Below, piece by piece: positions 36,455-50,913 of a stretch of 57,028 nucleotides of DNA. The stretch covers positions 1 through 57,028 of the forward strand of contig MU271477.1 of the NCBI GenBank assembly GCA_021432655.1. Reading direction: 5' to 3'. Every line of letters begins with the position of its first letter. Within the stretch, counting starts at the first letter, position 1. The notes below the pieces were generated by a model. That model was not told where the DNA came from, did not search any database, and was given only the letters and a program-made list of their open reading frames with translations. The DNA comes from Atractiella rhizophila (taxonomy: Eukaryota). A program made the translations under genes and the position numbers.

Positions 36455-39400
36455 ATGAGCTCCCTTCCACACAGCTCAAAGACCGTCATGAGTCTGGATG
36501 GAACACCCTCAGTCAACCTGATCGACCATGGGGTATGTGCTTACCTTTCCTCTTGGGAAGTCTTACCTAAAGTCTGGCTGTTTAGGACCCGAAAACTGAC
36601 CCGTTGCATTCCATTCGAAAGACCTTGTTCGAGGAAGCAACAGCAAAGAACAAGTGCGTCTCCTTCATTGCTTTAGTTTCGACCATGTCTTTAAGAAAGT
36701 CGCACCGCAGAGTCGTGCAGGCTCGTCGAAAAGAGTTGATGGATCAGGCTTTCTTCATGCTCCGGGACAAGTCCAATCTTACTCAAGTTGGCGCTGGGTT
36801 CCCTCCCGTGACTTCAGAGGAATTGGAGGTGGTCAAGAACGATCCTCTTTACCGTGAATTTACAGAACGCGCCAAAGACTTCAAATTGTTCGTGCTCTCA
36901 CTCATCTATCCGAGATCCCTGCGAGTGAACACTGAGTGAGGATCGGTTGACAGCAATGCAAGGGACATAAACACTGAACTAACCCCTTTGCTCCCTTCTC
37001 CCAAACCAATCAAGCTCAAGCTTCCCGAAGCTGCAATTCCCGTAGAGTGGGAACAGTTCTCTGATCCACCCGATCCGCTTCCCAATCAAGTATCCTTCGA
37101 CATCCCTGACGTCCCAGACGAACCAGTCCCTTCGCCTCCTTTGATCTCCGATCATCCGTCTGAGTCCATGAACCGCGTATTCAACTCAGTGTACTCCCAA
37201 ATACCTCCACTCGACGACCGTCTTCTGGAGCCATTGCCCGAGCCTTCTACAGAACATATGCAGGATCTGGAACGATATTTTATTAAGGGAAAGCACGCTG
37301 GACTGGGATCGATAATTGGGTCCAAACGGCTTGGTAAGGCCATGAGTACGAGGGAGTGGAAATCGGTTTGGGATGAGAGGAAGTCAGTTCATGTCTGGGA
37401 TAACATTGAAAAGATGAAGAAGGATAAGCTGTGGAGCTTCAGTCAACCGAAAAAGCAGGAACTGCCGAAATGTAGGAAGACTCACTGGGATTATCTGCTC
37501 GATGAAATGGTAGGATGCTTCTTTTATTCACGTATGCGTTGTGAATCGAAATGACGAGAGGGCAGGAATGGCTACAAACGGATTTCAAGATGGAAAGGAG
37601 ACAAAAGATGGCCGACGCGAGTAGACTCGCTAATGCGGCCAGGCTATACCGTTATCTCTCTCCTGCGCAACGCATCACGTGCGGAGTGGCTTTCGTTCCT
37701 TCACAAATACCTTCCAGAACAGATGGAGAAGAAGTGGAAGAAGACGTCGATATGGATCTTGGGGACACGAGCGTCGAAGACCAAATCATGCAGAGTCTCT
37801 TCCTTTCAGAAAATCAGAAGGCAAAGAAAGCGCTGAGCGCTGATCAAATTCAGTTTTGTCGATCTAGCATCTTCAATCTACCCCAAGCATGTACCACCAT
37901 CTCTCAACATGACCTTGACGTCTCTGGCCTCCCGGAAGACCTTCAAGGCATCACTCTCTCCGAACTCTTCCCTGACCTACCCCTGTACGGCCCTCCAGAT
38001 TCCTCTCCCACCTCTCTCGTGGCAGCGGAGAAACTAGACCCCTCAGACATACGCCACTCCAAGATGTTCCCTCTCAATCCTTTGCTGGGGGACAAAAATT
38101 GGCTTCTATCTACTCTTCACCCTTCCACAAACGTAGAAGGTGGAAAGTGGAAAGACCTTAGTCAACTCGCTGGTTCCTCTCCTCCGTATTCTACCGTCCT
38201 CATCGACGAGTCTTTTGGCAAAAGAGATCCGCTTCAAGGGAAGGGAAATTCGAAGAATTTATCATGCGGTTGGCCTAATGCCTTGTAAGAGAATATTGAC
38301 TGATTCTTCTCTCCAGCTTTGTTCCTACCAAAGGGACGACAAAATGTCGCCGCCAGTAGTGTCCTATTCACAATACCTGAACAGCCAGCAGAGGATGTTG
38401 TGGCTCGAGCGCAACAATTGGGATGGACGGACCCTGAGGACAATATGCTGTTCAAGCTCGTCCTCACCTATTCACCCAATTGGACTCTCATAGCAGATCT
38501 CTTCAACGCCTCTTCAGCTCGAGTGCCAACGGACAAGCGCACCGCTTGGGACATATTCGATAGGTTCAACAAACGTTACCCAGGCCACGCAGCCAGTATG
38601 ATCAGCGGTATTGTACACTCAATGAGGAATGGTCGCGAGACAAGAGAACGATCTAACACTGGTGCTACGAATCGACTGTCTGTGCCACCAATCTCAATGG
38701 ACCTACAAACTTCCACTTCAGGTCATCCGGGAAGCATCTCGACAAGATCGGCTACCGCTGCCGCCAACGCAGCTTCTTCTTCTCGGGACATTGTCATGCC
38801 ACCGGTTCCCGGGTCGCAGGGAGATCGAAAATCGAAACGACATGAAGGCATAATTGAAGTAATCAAAAAGAAGGGGAAAGAAAGGGAGACTAAGAAGAAA
38901 CCGGGTATGTCATTCAGTCACGCTCCACTCAGTACTGACGATAAACGACAGCGAATCGACGAATCAATCTCAGTGCGCACGACAGTCATGCCTACTCCGT
39001 GCCACAAAAAGCTTTCTTTTTCAACCCTGCTCTGTGGTCGAAGTTCAAGCAACAACAGGAAGTCAGACGGTGCGCTGACTATCTTATGTCAGTTGCGAAA
39101 AGTTGATGGATTGATAGGCAACAAGAGCTCATACATCAGCTTCATCAGGCTCAAGCCCAACACCATGCGGCTCAACAAGCTGCTGCTGCTCAACAACTGC
39201 AACAGCAGCAGCAACAACAACAGCAACAACATCAAGGACCACTTCCTCAAGGACCATCTGCCAATGGAACCGTGAGTTTGTTTGTAATCAGCAACCTCTT
39301 CCTGACGTTGGATTCAGCCGAACCAACATCCTGCCGCACCATTGCAGCCTCCTCCAGGTCAACCACCAGTTCCTGGCGCTCCGCCTCCCATGAACGGTCC

Positions 39401-39656
39401 ACAGCGAATGCTCCAAAATCAAGGCATCCAGCAATTGTCGTCTCCTCAATCGCCACGAGCTAGCCCCTTCCCCGGCAATATTGCCCAATCCGTTCCAGGG
39501 CCATCTCCATCGACGGTACAAGGAGTGCCGAACCCAGCGATGTTTAGAGGCGCTGCTCCTCCTGGAACAAGGGGACCGCTTACACCAGTTCAATCTGCGA
39601 CAGTCATTCATAATGGCAATATTTCACATCAACCTCCGATGTCCTCGCCACCTTAG
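36455..39656 (+). CDS. EAF1: NuA4 scaffold Eaf1/Vid21 (HSA + SANT domains, Q/P-rich tail)
   Basis: HSA region WSFSQPKKQ...KTHWDYLLDEMEWLQTDFKMERRQKM; SANT region WTDPEDNMLFKLVLTYSPNWTLIADLFN. Confidence 0.9.
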
Positions 39657-39835
39657 GCTTTTTGTCCCAAATCCGCGTCTGTGGTTGCAGAGTGTATTCA
39701 TGTTCCCAATCGTGTTTCGGTGCTTCTCGTGTACTCATCATTGCATTGCATTATCTTACGTTGCGACACTGTTCAAGCAAGATAAATAAGTTTGGAGCTG
39801 TTGAGAGCTCCTTGCATCGTTCCAAAGCCATTAAA

Positions 39836-42423
39836 TCAAAGGGCAGCTTTACCCGCTGTCTCGATAGGGAGAAGAAGCATGACCAAGCCAGTCGACACGA
39901 CTACGAACTAGATGTAAGTCTGATCAAGGGAAGGGACTAAAGGACTCACAAATTGCAGCAGACGCAAAGACAGGCCCATCTGGCGTCTTGGCTGCAGCGG
40001 AGTAGATTGCGATTACAGGGGAGAATATTCTTTGTGCGGAATCGATGAGTTCATGCAGAGGGAAGGAGGGAACATACCCGGTTATGCTATATAACTGATT
40101 AGCTTGAGTGAAAGCAGGAGCCTGGAAGAATATCACTTACCGAGAAGAAGCGCTGGCAATGGCATCTCCTGTTCCTCGATGAGGAGATGGGAATACCTCT
40201 GGAGAATATGCATAAATGACGCCGTAAAAACTAGGGCAAATATTAGCACTGGGTTGAAGACGTTACACCTCGAAGCCCTCACGCATTTCTAGAAGGGTGG
40301 GTGGCGTTGTCAGCATTTAACAAGAAGAGAAACGGACAAGTAACGCACTCAAAGAAAGCGGCAATGGAAGTAAGACCATTGATTCCGGCAGGAGTCCTCA
40401 CTTGAGTGAGACCAAATAGGCAAATACCAGCCGCAACGGTGAAGAAGGCCATGGCGAATTTCCTTCCTCCCCTCTTCATCTCAACCAATAGTGCAGCGAG
40501 CAAACTTCCAGGGATCCCGCATGCCGCTTGGTAGGTATACGTGGAGTAGGTGGCATCGATACCAGTGTCTCCAAATGATGCCTTCTTGTTAGAAAGGTAT
40601 TGTCCCTGCTCCAATTCAGCTCAACAGTCTTCCTCTTGAATGATAGCTCACCAAGAACTGCGACGTAGGTCAGCTTGTGTTTGTAAACACGGCAAGAGGA
40701 AGGAAAGACGCACACCATTGAAAAGTGGATAAGCTAGACCCAAGGATGCGTAGATATAGATGACGAGACTGGTGTTCCATGCCAGTCTAGGTGTAGCGAA
40801 CAAACCTCTAATGTGCTCCCCCGTAAAATCATCAAAAGAATGTTTGATAAGCTCCCACGTCGAGAACTTGGTAGTAGTCTCCTCAATTGTTCCTCCCGTT
40901 GTAAATGGAGCAGCTGCGCGTCGAAGATCTTCAACAGTCAGGGTTGATGTGCGGCCATTTTTGCGTGCTACTTTGTGGATAACCTCGACTGCGTCTTGAT
41001 CTCTCCCCTATACCGGTGGAACACATGAGCTCTGGTATATCTAGAAACATGGAAAGGTACGATAGAGCAGAGGAACTTGGGGCTTTCATCCATAGGTAGA
41101 AACCATAGCCTGAATGCAGAAAGGAACACCATATGGGCTCCTAGTGTATAGTAGGCATAGCGCCATCCAGCATTGTTGTCTCTCGTGCACACCTGTAATG
41201 CCTATTAAGCAGGTGAAGATACGAACAGGAAGGCTAACCTCGATAAGAGGGTCGCAGCTATATTTTGCGAGGAAAGCCCAAGATATCAAGGAGGCAATAA
41301 CCTGCCCGATTGCCCACCAGACTGACAATAGCGTGAGGAGGTACTGGCTGCGTTCACGAGAATCAATTCTGTTATAAGGTCAGAGTTGAAGCAGCCAATA
41401 CGAACTTCTTGGATGGTAGGAACTCCAGAAACAATGCCCCGTCGACTCTAACATTGCAACGTGAGTTCCGAGACGTTCGCGTTGGCAGAGTACCCACGGA
41501 AGATTGCCTCCCACGCCTGTATTACGATTTTCAGCCAGTTGCATTAACGAACTTGGTAAGACGCACCGAAACCAATGATAGAAAGTAGGAAGCAAAGAGC
41601 CGTGAAATTAGGAGCAGCACCTGTGTGACCCATTCAACGCTAAACTCCATCACCAAAGGGCAGACGAACCAGCTGCGATGCCAAAAATGCCACCGATGAG
41701 AAGCGTCGCGTTCCAAGCCAGCCTCCGTCTATTTTTATTTATGTCTCAGCACTTCAATGAGGGAAATAGAGCGAGGAGAACGCGTACCCAATGATATCGC
41801 AACTACATCCCCAGAATGTAGCACCGACAATCAACCCAGCATAGAGAGCGAGAGTTGCAAGTCGCACTTCTGGATAGGGCTTCAATTCGTTCGACACGGC
41901 GGGCATGATGATGGCGATCCCTTGCAGCCAAATATTGTCCGCGTACCATCCGAGCCTGCTCCCGAAGTGAGTGTCAATTCTTTCTCACCACGAGAGTACC
42001 AGAATAAAAGAACCCACCCAGCAGTAAAAAAGAGCTCCCATTGGCTGCAAATAACGTTTAAGGCAAATGATTAAATGTCGAGGAGCAAAAGAAGCCTACT
42101 AACGACCCATACCACACTGTTGTGTTCAACGGGATATGGTTATTATTCGCAACACTGGCGCGAAGCCCACCAACGGAAGAACTCACCTCCGTCAACGCGT
42201 TGTTCAACACCCTGACCTTCGCAAGGAATGCAGGTTTGACTCCACAGGCTTTGGCCTCCTGCCTCTCTCTCTCGTCCGCCATGGAAGCTTTCTCGACATC
42301 AGCTGGGCTTCCAAACTCGTGGTCCTTCTCGTCCTTCTCGTCACCCTGTTCCTCCATTCCATTCTTCTCATGCTTCTCATCAGGTAACACCTTTTGACTG
42401 GCTTCTAAATCTTTCGATGACAT
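39836..42423 (-). CDS. MFS transporter, intact paralogue of the gene at 30106
   Basis: MSSKDLEASQK, GVKPAFLAK, MDESPKFL, ACGIPGSLLAALLVEMKRGGRK; ends ETAGKAAL*; same intron pattern. Confidence 0.9.
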
Positions 42424-42912
42424 CCTTCAAAGTCTACTGAAATAAATGACTCTTCTCGTGGACGAAATTCGAAGGGGAGCAGGTCCTTCCAGAAGGAGGG
42501 AATCTCACCTCTTTTTGAAGCTTTTCAGCGGTCGCGTGAAGAAGGCGATCTTACCAGCCGCCCATCCGATTCAAGTTGTTCAGATAGCAGATCCGTGTCT
42601 CCAACATGTCGACAACGCCCACGTTCCTCCCAGAGAACAAGATTTGCTCGGAATCTGTGCGTCGATCGCACGTGCTTAGTGTATTTGATTCCTTATGGAT
42701 GGGGAGCATTTCTTCATCTTTTACCAGTTCCTATACTCATTGCTTGTCATTTCCCGATGCCAGCCTTCATCAGGGCAGGGTTTTAACAAAAACAGAAGGA
42801 GAGGTGAACATTGCAGGAAAGTCAACGCTTATGTGATACAGCAAAGTTTCGAATATACAGGATCAAAAGATTTCGCTCCAGCAGATTCATCCACGCACAT
42901 TCCAAGTTCAGT

Positions 42913-45064
42913 CTACGACTGGAAAGCTGAAGCTGGAATCTGTCCCGCCGCTTGCAGGTTCTTCAAATCCGTCAAAGCCCTTCCATAATCCCATCCATTG
43001 GCGTTCAAGCACTGCTGAGCGATCTCGGACAAAAGCCTCGTCTCTTGCATGAATCGAGACAGCATTGCTTGTTGCTCCTGAGGGGTGGACGCAACTGTAT
43101 TGGCAGGGAACGTGACCGGTTGTGGTTCAGTAGTTTGGAGAGATTGGTTGTGGATGGCGAGAGGTTGAATGGGAACGGCTGGCTGGATAGGGAGGCTATT
43201 AGGGGACCAGGCATCGGAAGAAATCCAACCACGGAGGTTAAGTTGGTCAGAGAGGATTTGGCACACCCATCCGGCTTGTTGAGCCCTGTGTTTTGTGAAA
43301 GGCTTAGCCCTTTACCGTGCATCCAGGCAGAGAGAAGTGACGTACGGTGATCCTTCATCTACAGGTGCCAGTACAAACGTCCTATCGAAAGATGTTTTAA
43401 ACATCGTGGGATCTATGGACCTGTGAGGCTAGATATCGCGATCAGACAGTCAAACGTACGTTTGGTAAATTCTCCGTGCACCATCAACATGATCCTGGGT
43501 CCGCTTTCGGTGTCCACTTTCCAACCATCGACACAATAGGCCTCTGGCGTGGACAAGTCATGGCCCGTCTTAGGAAATTTGTTCAACGCCTTCACAATCT
43601 CCTCCCTTGTTGTCGCCAGCGAGATCTTCGCTTTGTGGTTCCCAGTTCTCGCCAAGTTTCTACTGGAATGCTTGAAGTCGTCCCAACTAATAGCACCCTT
43701 CGGCGCAGTCTTCAACTGGCTCCGCTTCACTCCAACCGGCACCTTAGCCGTGTCGACTGAGTAGGAGAAGCTGGCATGAGGAGCATAAACTGGTATGAGA
43801 TCGTTGCGGTTGGAGTCAAATAGTGGGAGAAAGCGAGTGAGGAAAGGTGTGACGAGTGAAGCCGCTTCCGCATCCATGAAGCCACCCTGCATTCCCAAAG
43901 GGAATTGGACTGAGTTACCAGTCGCGTTTGTGACGGGAGCGACAGGAGCGTGTATTACAGAGAGGAGAGCGGACGTAGATGGAAGGGGTTGTTGATCCAG
44001 TGACCTGTCAGCTGATGAGTGTGCGAACAGGAAGCAAGAATCTGAATTACTCTAGTGTCGGAAACCGTTTCCTGACCTCTGCTTTCCAGTCTGGCACTTC
44101 CATACCAGGCGGTCCATTGTCCTGCGCAATAGGGTTCCCCATGAGCAAAAGCTCTTTCAGCACCTCCAAACCTCTGGGTCCGGATATTAGGTCTGAATTT
44201 GGGCGAAAGGTTTGGGATATAGGATTGAGGTATTTGACTTCTTTGATTTGGTTGTGCGCGAGGGAGAGAGCGGTTAGCTTGCCGCCCAGGTAATGGACAA
44301 GGGTGGTGGGTTGGAGACAGCCAAGATTTGCGAGTTGGTTGGAAGCGAGAGAAAGAGTACGAATCTAGCAGTCGTTTCAGTATTACCTTTGTGATACAAG
44401 CTTGACTCACATTAGGGCATTCCTCAGAAACAAGTTTCCAAAGTGCACCCGCCATTAATTTCCGCGTGGATTTCACAGTTGGAGGATCAATCTTTTTCTC
44501 CAAAAGCAAGGGATCTGCTGCCAAATTCTGTCGTGGAATTGAGAAATGTCCTAACGTCCCACCTCCTCATGTAAAGTAGCACTCACCTCCAAATTGAGCA
44601 TTCCTGAAATGGGATTGTATCGCGATGTCAAAACCTGTCTCCAGACATCTATGACACTAAACCGGTCCTCCTGCGACGTTTTCGCAGCGCCTTTGATCGC
44701 GAGAGGAGCAGGAGCATTCCTAGACGACCTCTTGTGTCTCGCGGAAGCATCGTAAGGTTTGTCCATTTTCTACACCAGTTTCCCGATTCGCGTCCCAATT
44801 TTTCATGCAAAAAGGGGAGGGACTGACCCGCATATTGACGTCTCCATCGGCGTTACCGTTCAAGTTTACTCTACCCCTCTTCCCAGCTCCTTTCTGGTAC
44901 GCCACCTTCCGCCCTTTACGATCCGTCCGGGTTTCAGAGACATCCGACATCCTGGCATCGTCATCATTAATCCCCCTCGAAGCCCTCTGACCGCCAATTC
45001 GCCGCCGGTTGGGAGGGTTGGAGCCATGAGGGTTCTGATTGGGGATAGATTGAGAAGCGAGCAT
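42913..45064 (-). CDS. MEX67: mRNA export factor Mex67/NXF1
   Basis: RYNPISGMLNLE followed by an LRR region, NTF2-like FLTRFLPLFDSNR...VHGEF, and C-terminal UBA FMQETRL...CLNANGWDY..A....IPASAF. Confidence 0.92.
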
Positions 45065-45245
45065 TCAGAAGAATTGAAAGAAGTGGCACAATGAAACTTG
45101 GTCGTTGTTGAAGGGCAAGACTGTTGATGAACCAAGATGATGACAAAGGTACGAAATAAAGTTTATGACTGAGTTCCAATACACGTGATCTTGTTTAGCA
45201 ACTCGTGGGGTCATATATCACATTATGTGTCTTTTGGTGTCTCTA

Positions 45246-47098
45246 TCAAACTTTTCGTTTCTTCTTTCGTTGGCTTTCCAGCGGGTCTCCTTTCTGCTTT
45301 CTAGTCCCTTCCGATGTAGCATCCTTCGCCAAACTGTGCATCTTTTTCTCCACCTCAAGGAGGCGTTGTCGAAGCAGCAATTGCTCTCCCAACAGAACTA
45401 CCGAAGCATTTAGCTGTCGGCGATTGCATATACGAGCTTCGGTCGTCCTGAAATGATCTCGGAGACGCTGGTATTCGTACTAAAATGGGGTAGATCCCTC
45501 ATCAACATATTGGCTGTCAAAAAGCAAGGAATGGCAGACCTCTAGCGTGCACTCGTATTCCTTCAATCTATTCTCCAGCACGTCCTTAATGATTCCAAGA
45601 ATTCTCTCGTCCTCCCTCAACTTTTTCGTCTTTGGCAGATGTGCATCTCCCCTCTTCAGCTTTCTCCATTCCGTTTCTTCAAGACAAAAAGTCCAAACCG
45701 ACGCCCACAACTCTTCTGGCAATCCAAGATTCTTCTTAGCTTCCTCTTCGATATCCCATTCAAGGACGAAAGAATCCTCTCCAATTTCCTCAAGACACCA
45801 TTCGACTTTCTCCTCCCTCTCTTTGTCCCCTTCCCATCCAGCGAATGGGATCAGCGAAGCTGATAACTCAACCACATCATTTTCGTTTGGTATGAGTTTT
45901 TGAATCTCTTCGGGATCGAAAGAGAGGATAGGGAATTCGTCTTGAAATGAAAATGAGTAGTCGACGTGCCCGTACCTTCGCAGAAGGTCGGAATTCGGAG
46001 GGGATGCATAGGTGTTGAAGATCTGTTCCCCTGCTGCTATAGGAGCTGTGGAACGCATTTCTAGATGCGTCGGCGTGTAGAAAAGACGTGCATTATTGCA
46101 TCCCGTCTTTGCGTTCAAGATATCTATCGTTTTCTTTATCAAAAATACTGATATATCATTTGACAGAACATGACAGACCTGCGAACGGAACCATGCCAAT
46201 ATCTTCTACTTTTTCACAACTTTCATCATCGTCATCGTCTTCTTCCGTCTCGACATCCTCTTCGGACGAGTCACTTTCTTGAACATGGAAACTCCGGGAT
46301 AGAATAAGACTTCCCATCCGATGAAACACTTTTTCAGTATAATACTCCGGCCTGGTGAATATCGAGGGATGTTTCTGTATCTCTATAAGGCATAAAAAAG
46401 CTAATAAGAATATACCTACCTGTACAATTGGTAACAGGACATCGCGGAACAGCTGGCTGGAAGAAGCCTTGCCGATCTTTTCTATTCCTCTTGTCAAACA
46501 GTCGAGATTCCCTTCTTAGTTGCAACGCACCTAACACCATCGAGCCTTTTAGCATTCCCAATTCCTCGTCGGACCAAAACATCTGCGAGGCCATGAGCAA
46601 GCGGCCAAAATCTAATGAGCTAACGCGAAGCCTACAAGAGTATCAAACTCCTCTGGCCTACATTGATGAGCTTTACGTTTGTGAAAGCAAATAACTCACA
46701 TGATATCAAAATACTCCTTCCACTTGCCCTCCTTCCCCTTTTCTCCCCACTCCCAACACATGGTAAGTATTAACCGTCCCCAATCGCTCTCCTGCCCTTC
46801 GTCTCCCCATCCACCTACAGCACTCATCTTGTTCGCCAGTTCAGAGTTCTTCACTTGAAGGACTAAGTCTCGAGGTATAGAAAAAAGCAAAGCGTCCTCC
46901 TTTTAAGCATTTTAGCGCACTATTACCTCAGATTGATTCGAAGATGTCGATAAAACCTACTTCTATGTCGCATACAGCGCGAACACCTCTTCCCATTTCT
47001 GGGAAATCGCAGATTTCGATATGCTCGTTTGTTGTCCCGCCATATTTGGTGAACCAAGAGAGGAAGGAGGAGACTGCAGGCGCAGGATCAACTTCCAT
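45246..47098 (-). CDS. SET-domain protein lysine methyltransferase (Rkm4/SETD6-like)
   Basis: LFSIPR, HRMGSLILSRSF, MVPFADILNA, NARLFY, GEQIFNTY, NSDLLRRYGHVD. Confidence 0.9.
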
Positions 47099-47613
47099 TG
47101 TAATGCGCTTGAACTAAATAAAGTTTTGTTTTCCTGCAGTAGATTCGGACCTTTTGTCCACACCCCTGGGTCAGCGTTTTGAAGTGCGAAACAGCTTGCT
47201 CGTCAGTGAAGGGGAGTCTATTAGGGCACCTATACGTAATTGGGAATACTATCTAGAAAGCTCAAGCTGCTTCCATTTAACATTCACGAAGTGGCAGGAA
47301 GAGAGTTGGAAGTTTCTGGTGATCTTACCTTGAACTTGTCTGAATTAGCTTGATGTTAACATAGAAGATTCTTATCTATAAGGGCAAGGAGCTTAGATGC
47401 CGTACTAAGAATGGAGGAACTCTTGAGCTACGTTGACGTAGAATCAAGGTAGAATCGTGAACTTTCCAACAAAATACGGTGCTAATAATGCAATAATGCA
47501 TTCGATCATAGATAGATAAACCGTCCTGAAGGAACAAAGAGCTCCTTCATCGTCGTTCCTCCAGGTATAAATTCGTAGATACACACCGCTCTGAAAACAA
47601 AAATCGACAAACC

Positions 47614-48112
47614 ATGGCACCTGCTTTGAAGGAAAAAGAGATGACATTGGAAGCGCGTCTGGCTATCGAGGAGCAGAAACTGTTCGAGTTGACGCGACCT
47701 GCAAGCATGGACGGTATTGCATTTCTGATGGCGAAGGACCGAGACAGAGACGTATTTGACACGCCTCATCGATCCAAACCGAATTCGAAGAGCACACAGA
47801 AAACTGGCAAGGGAAACAAGGAGAATGAGAAGGTGAAGAAGGGGATGGAGATTTTGAATAGGATCAAGAAGTCGGTGGGAAATCCGCTGACAGTTAGAGG
47901 TACGATACCTCCCACAAACTACTTCCACTGACAGTATTGACCTGGGTTCAGACAACGACGACGCAGATTGTTCACCGCCACCATCCACTCCTCCATCCCC
48001 AAAATCGACATATTGTGCCCCAGATGTTCATGCAACTCCGCGACCGCCCAAAAGGACAAGGGAGTTAGGAGAAAGGAAGAACGAAGCAGAAGATTTTGAC
48101 TTCAAGTTCTGA
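47614..48112 (+). CDS. Small orphan spliced protein, copy 1 (start uncertain)
   Basis: MAPALKEKEM...TVR, ~50-nt GT-AG intron, then DNDDADCSPPP...DFDFKF*. Confidence 0.55.
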
Positions 48113-48607
48113 TTGTCCGTAACAGAAATAATCCAATCAGTGTGGTGAGAGTCGCATGAGGAATATTGTATTGTGAAGAATTCTCTGCAACTGTTTATGC
48201 CCTCGTTGCAGTAATACTAGGAATACTCCACGAGAAAGTGATCACGTGCTTAAGCTTCGAACACAACCAACCACTGAGCAACAATCCGAACGACTCTTTC
48301 CTTAGACTCTTTGTAACTTTGAGAGCCTTAAGTGTTGGTACTGCTGCCGTGTCTAATCTTTGTGAGTTACTCTCGACTAGTAAATATTGAAAGAGAATAG
48401 ATTTGACAGTGGTGAGTGTTCAACCATTTGGGTGCCGTAACGGAAGGAGGGCTGTACGACTGGGTCAAACAGTTCCACTCTTTCTTTCATATTTCTTGCT
48501 CTATTAATGACTTGGAGTTGGAGCGCTGAAGCGCTGAAGTCTCTTCCGCAATTGTGACGTCGGAACTTGTACTGACTTACCATCCCAGTCACTCCACAAA
48601 ACTCAGG

Positions 48608-48945
48608 ATGGCCCCCCGCTCTCTCGCCTCCTACCTCCCTGCTCCCGTTCTCGCGGCTGATCCGAAACAACCACCTCCGCCTCCCAAACCAAAACTTCCC
48701 GCTCCAAAAGCCGTCGCCACAGCTTCTACCTCCAAGGCAAGCAAAGCGCCTGGAGCTAAGTCACAATCGAAGTCGAAGGGCAAAGCGGACGTGGTCTCAA
48801 ATCTCATTCGCGCCTCTTACGGTTCTGCTGCCAAATACGTGCCAGATGACGGATTGGACCAGTTTGTGACTGATATGCTGCTGAGGGAGGCCAAGGTGGC
48901 GGAGGAGAAGAGGAGGAATGCGGTTGATGGGTATAAGATGTATGG
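48608..48945 (+). pseudogene. Truncated 5' copy of the gene at 51908
   Basis: MAPRSLASYLP...YKMYG, then runs into the start of repeat unit 2. Confidence 0.75.
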
Positions 48946-49394
48946 ACTGGGTCAGCGTTTTGAAGTGCGAAACAGCTTGCTCGTCAGTGAAGGGGAGTCT
49001 ATTAGGGCACCTATACGTAATTGGGAATACTATCTAGAAAGCTCAAGCTGCTTCCATTTAACATTCACGAAGTGGCAGGAAGAGAGTTGGAAGTTTCTGG
49101 TGATCTTACCTTGAACTTGTCTGAATTAGCTTGATGTTAACATAGAAGATTCTTATCTATAAGGGCAAGGAGCTTAGATGCCGTACTAAGAATGGAGGAA
49201 CTCTTGAGCTACGTTGACGTAGAATCAAGGTAGAATCGTGAACTTTCCAACAAAATATGGTGCTCATAATGCAATAATGCATTCGATCATAGATAGATAA
49301 ACCGTCCTGAAGGGACAAAGAGCCCCTTCATCGTCGTTCCTACAGGTATAAATTCGTAGATACACACCGCTCCGAAAACAAAAATCGACAAACC

Positions 49395-49894
49395 ATGGCA
49401 CCTGCTTTGAAAGAAAAAGAGATGACATTGGAAGCGCGTCTGGCTATCGAGGAGCAGAAACTGTTCGAGTTAACGCGACCTGCAAGCATGGACGGTATTG
49501 CATTTCTGATGGCGAAGGACCGGGACAGAGAAGTATTCGACACGCCTCATCGGTCCAAACCGAATTCGAAGAGCGCACAGAAAGCTGGCAAGGGAAACAA
49601 GGAGAATGAGAAGGTGAAGAAGGGGATGGAGATTTTGAATAGGATCAAGAAGACGGTGGGAAATCCGCTGACAGTCAGAGGTATGATACCTCCCACGGAA
49701 CCGCTTACATTGTAGGTATTGACCTGAGTTTAGACAACGACGAAGCAGATTGTTCACCGCCATCATCCACTCCTCCGTCCCCAAAATCGACACATTGTGC
49801 CCTGGATGTTCATGCAACTCCGCGACCGCCCAAAAGGACAAGGAAGTTAGGAGAAAGGAAGAATGAAGCAGAAGATTTTGACTTCAAGCTCTGA
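49395..49894 (+). CDS. Small orphan spliced protein, diverged copy 2
   Basis: Same exon structure as copy 1; open frame retained; many synonymous differences. Confidence 0.55.
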
Positions 49895-50374
49895 TAGAAA
49901 GAATCTAATTGTGAAAGTTGCATGAGGAATATTGTATTGTGAAGCATTCGCTGAAACTTTCCCTTGTTAGATTAATGGCTCCATTCGGAAAGCAGGATCT
50001 ACCTGGCTTCCAAACACAACCAACCACTGAGCAACAATCAACGACCCTTCAGACTCTTTGTAACGTGAGAGCCTTAAGTATTGGTACTGCTATCGTGTCT
50101 AAGTTTGAGGAGCTGCTTTCGGCTAGGAAGTAAATATTGACAGAGAATAGATTTGACAGTAGTGAGTGTTCAACCATTTGTATGCGGCAACGAAAGGAGC
50201 GCTGTATGACTGGGGTCAGACAGCTCCACTCCTTTTTTCATATTTCTTGCTCTATTAGTGACTTGGAGCTGGAGCGCTGAGCGCTGAGGCGCTGAGGTCT
50301 CGTCCCCAATTTGTGACGTCGGAACTTGCACTGACTTGCCATCCCATTCACTACAGTCAGCCACTTAGAGCAGG

Positions 50375-50680
50375 ATGGCCCCCCGCTCTCTCGCCTCCTA
50401 CCTCCCTGCTCCCGTTCTCGCCGCTGATCCGAAACAACCACCTCCGCCGCCCAAACCAAAACTTCCCGCTCCAAAAGCCGTCGCCACAGCTTCTACTTCC
50501 AAGGCAAGCAAGGCGCCGGGAGCTAAGTCGCAAGCGAAGTCGAAGGGCAAAGCGGACGTGGTCTCAAATCTCATTCGCGCCTCCTACGGTTCTGCTGCCA
50601 AAGACGTGCCAGATGACGGATTGGACCAGTTTGTGACTGATATGCTGCTGAGGGAGGCCAAGGTGGCGGAGGAGAAGAGG
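50375..50680 (+). pseudogene. Truncated, diverged 5' copy of the gene at 51908
   Basis: MAPRSLASYLP...EEKR fused to the start of repeat unit 3. Confidence 0.75.
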
Positions 50681-50913
50681 AGGGCAAGGAGCTTAGATGC
50701 CGTACTAAGAATGGAGGAACTCTTGAGCTACGTTGACGTAGAATCAAGGTAGAATCGTGAACTTTCCAACAAAATACGGTGCTAATAATGCAATAATGCA
50801 TTCGATCATAGATAGATAAACCGTCCTGAAGGAACAAAGAGCTCCTTCATCGTCGTTCCTCCAGGTATAAATTCGTGGATACACACCTCTCTGAAAACAA
50901 AAATCGACAAACC

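Noticed and set aside
48361..48381. GAG-TTA-CTC mini hairpin followed by CTAG|T, resembling a Helitron 3' end in the repeat units
   Set aside because: Hairpin too weak, no A|TC 5' terminus, and no Rep/helicase sequence; not enough to call a mobile element
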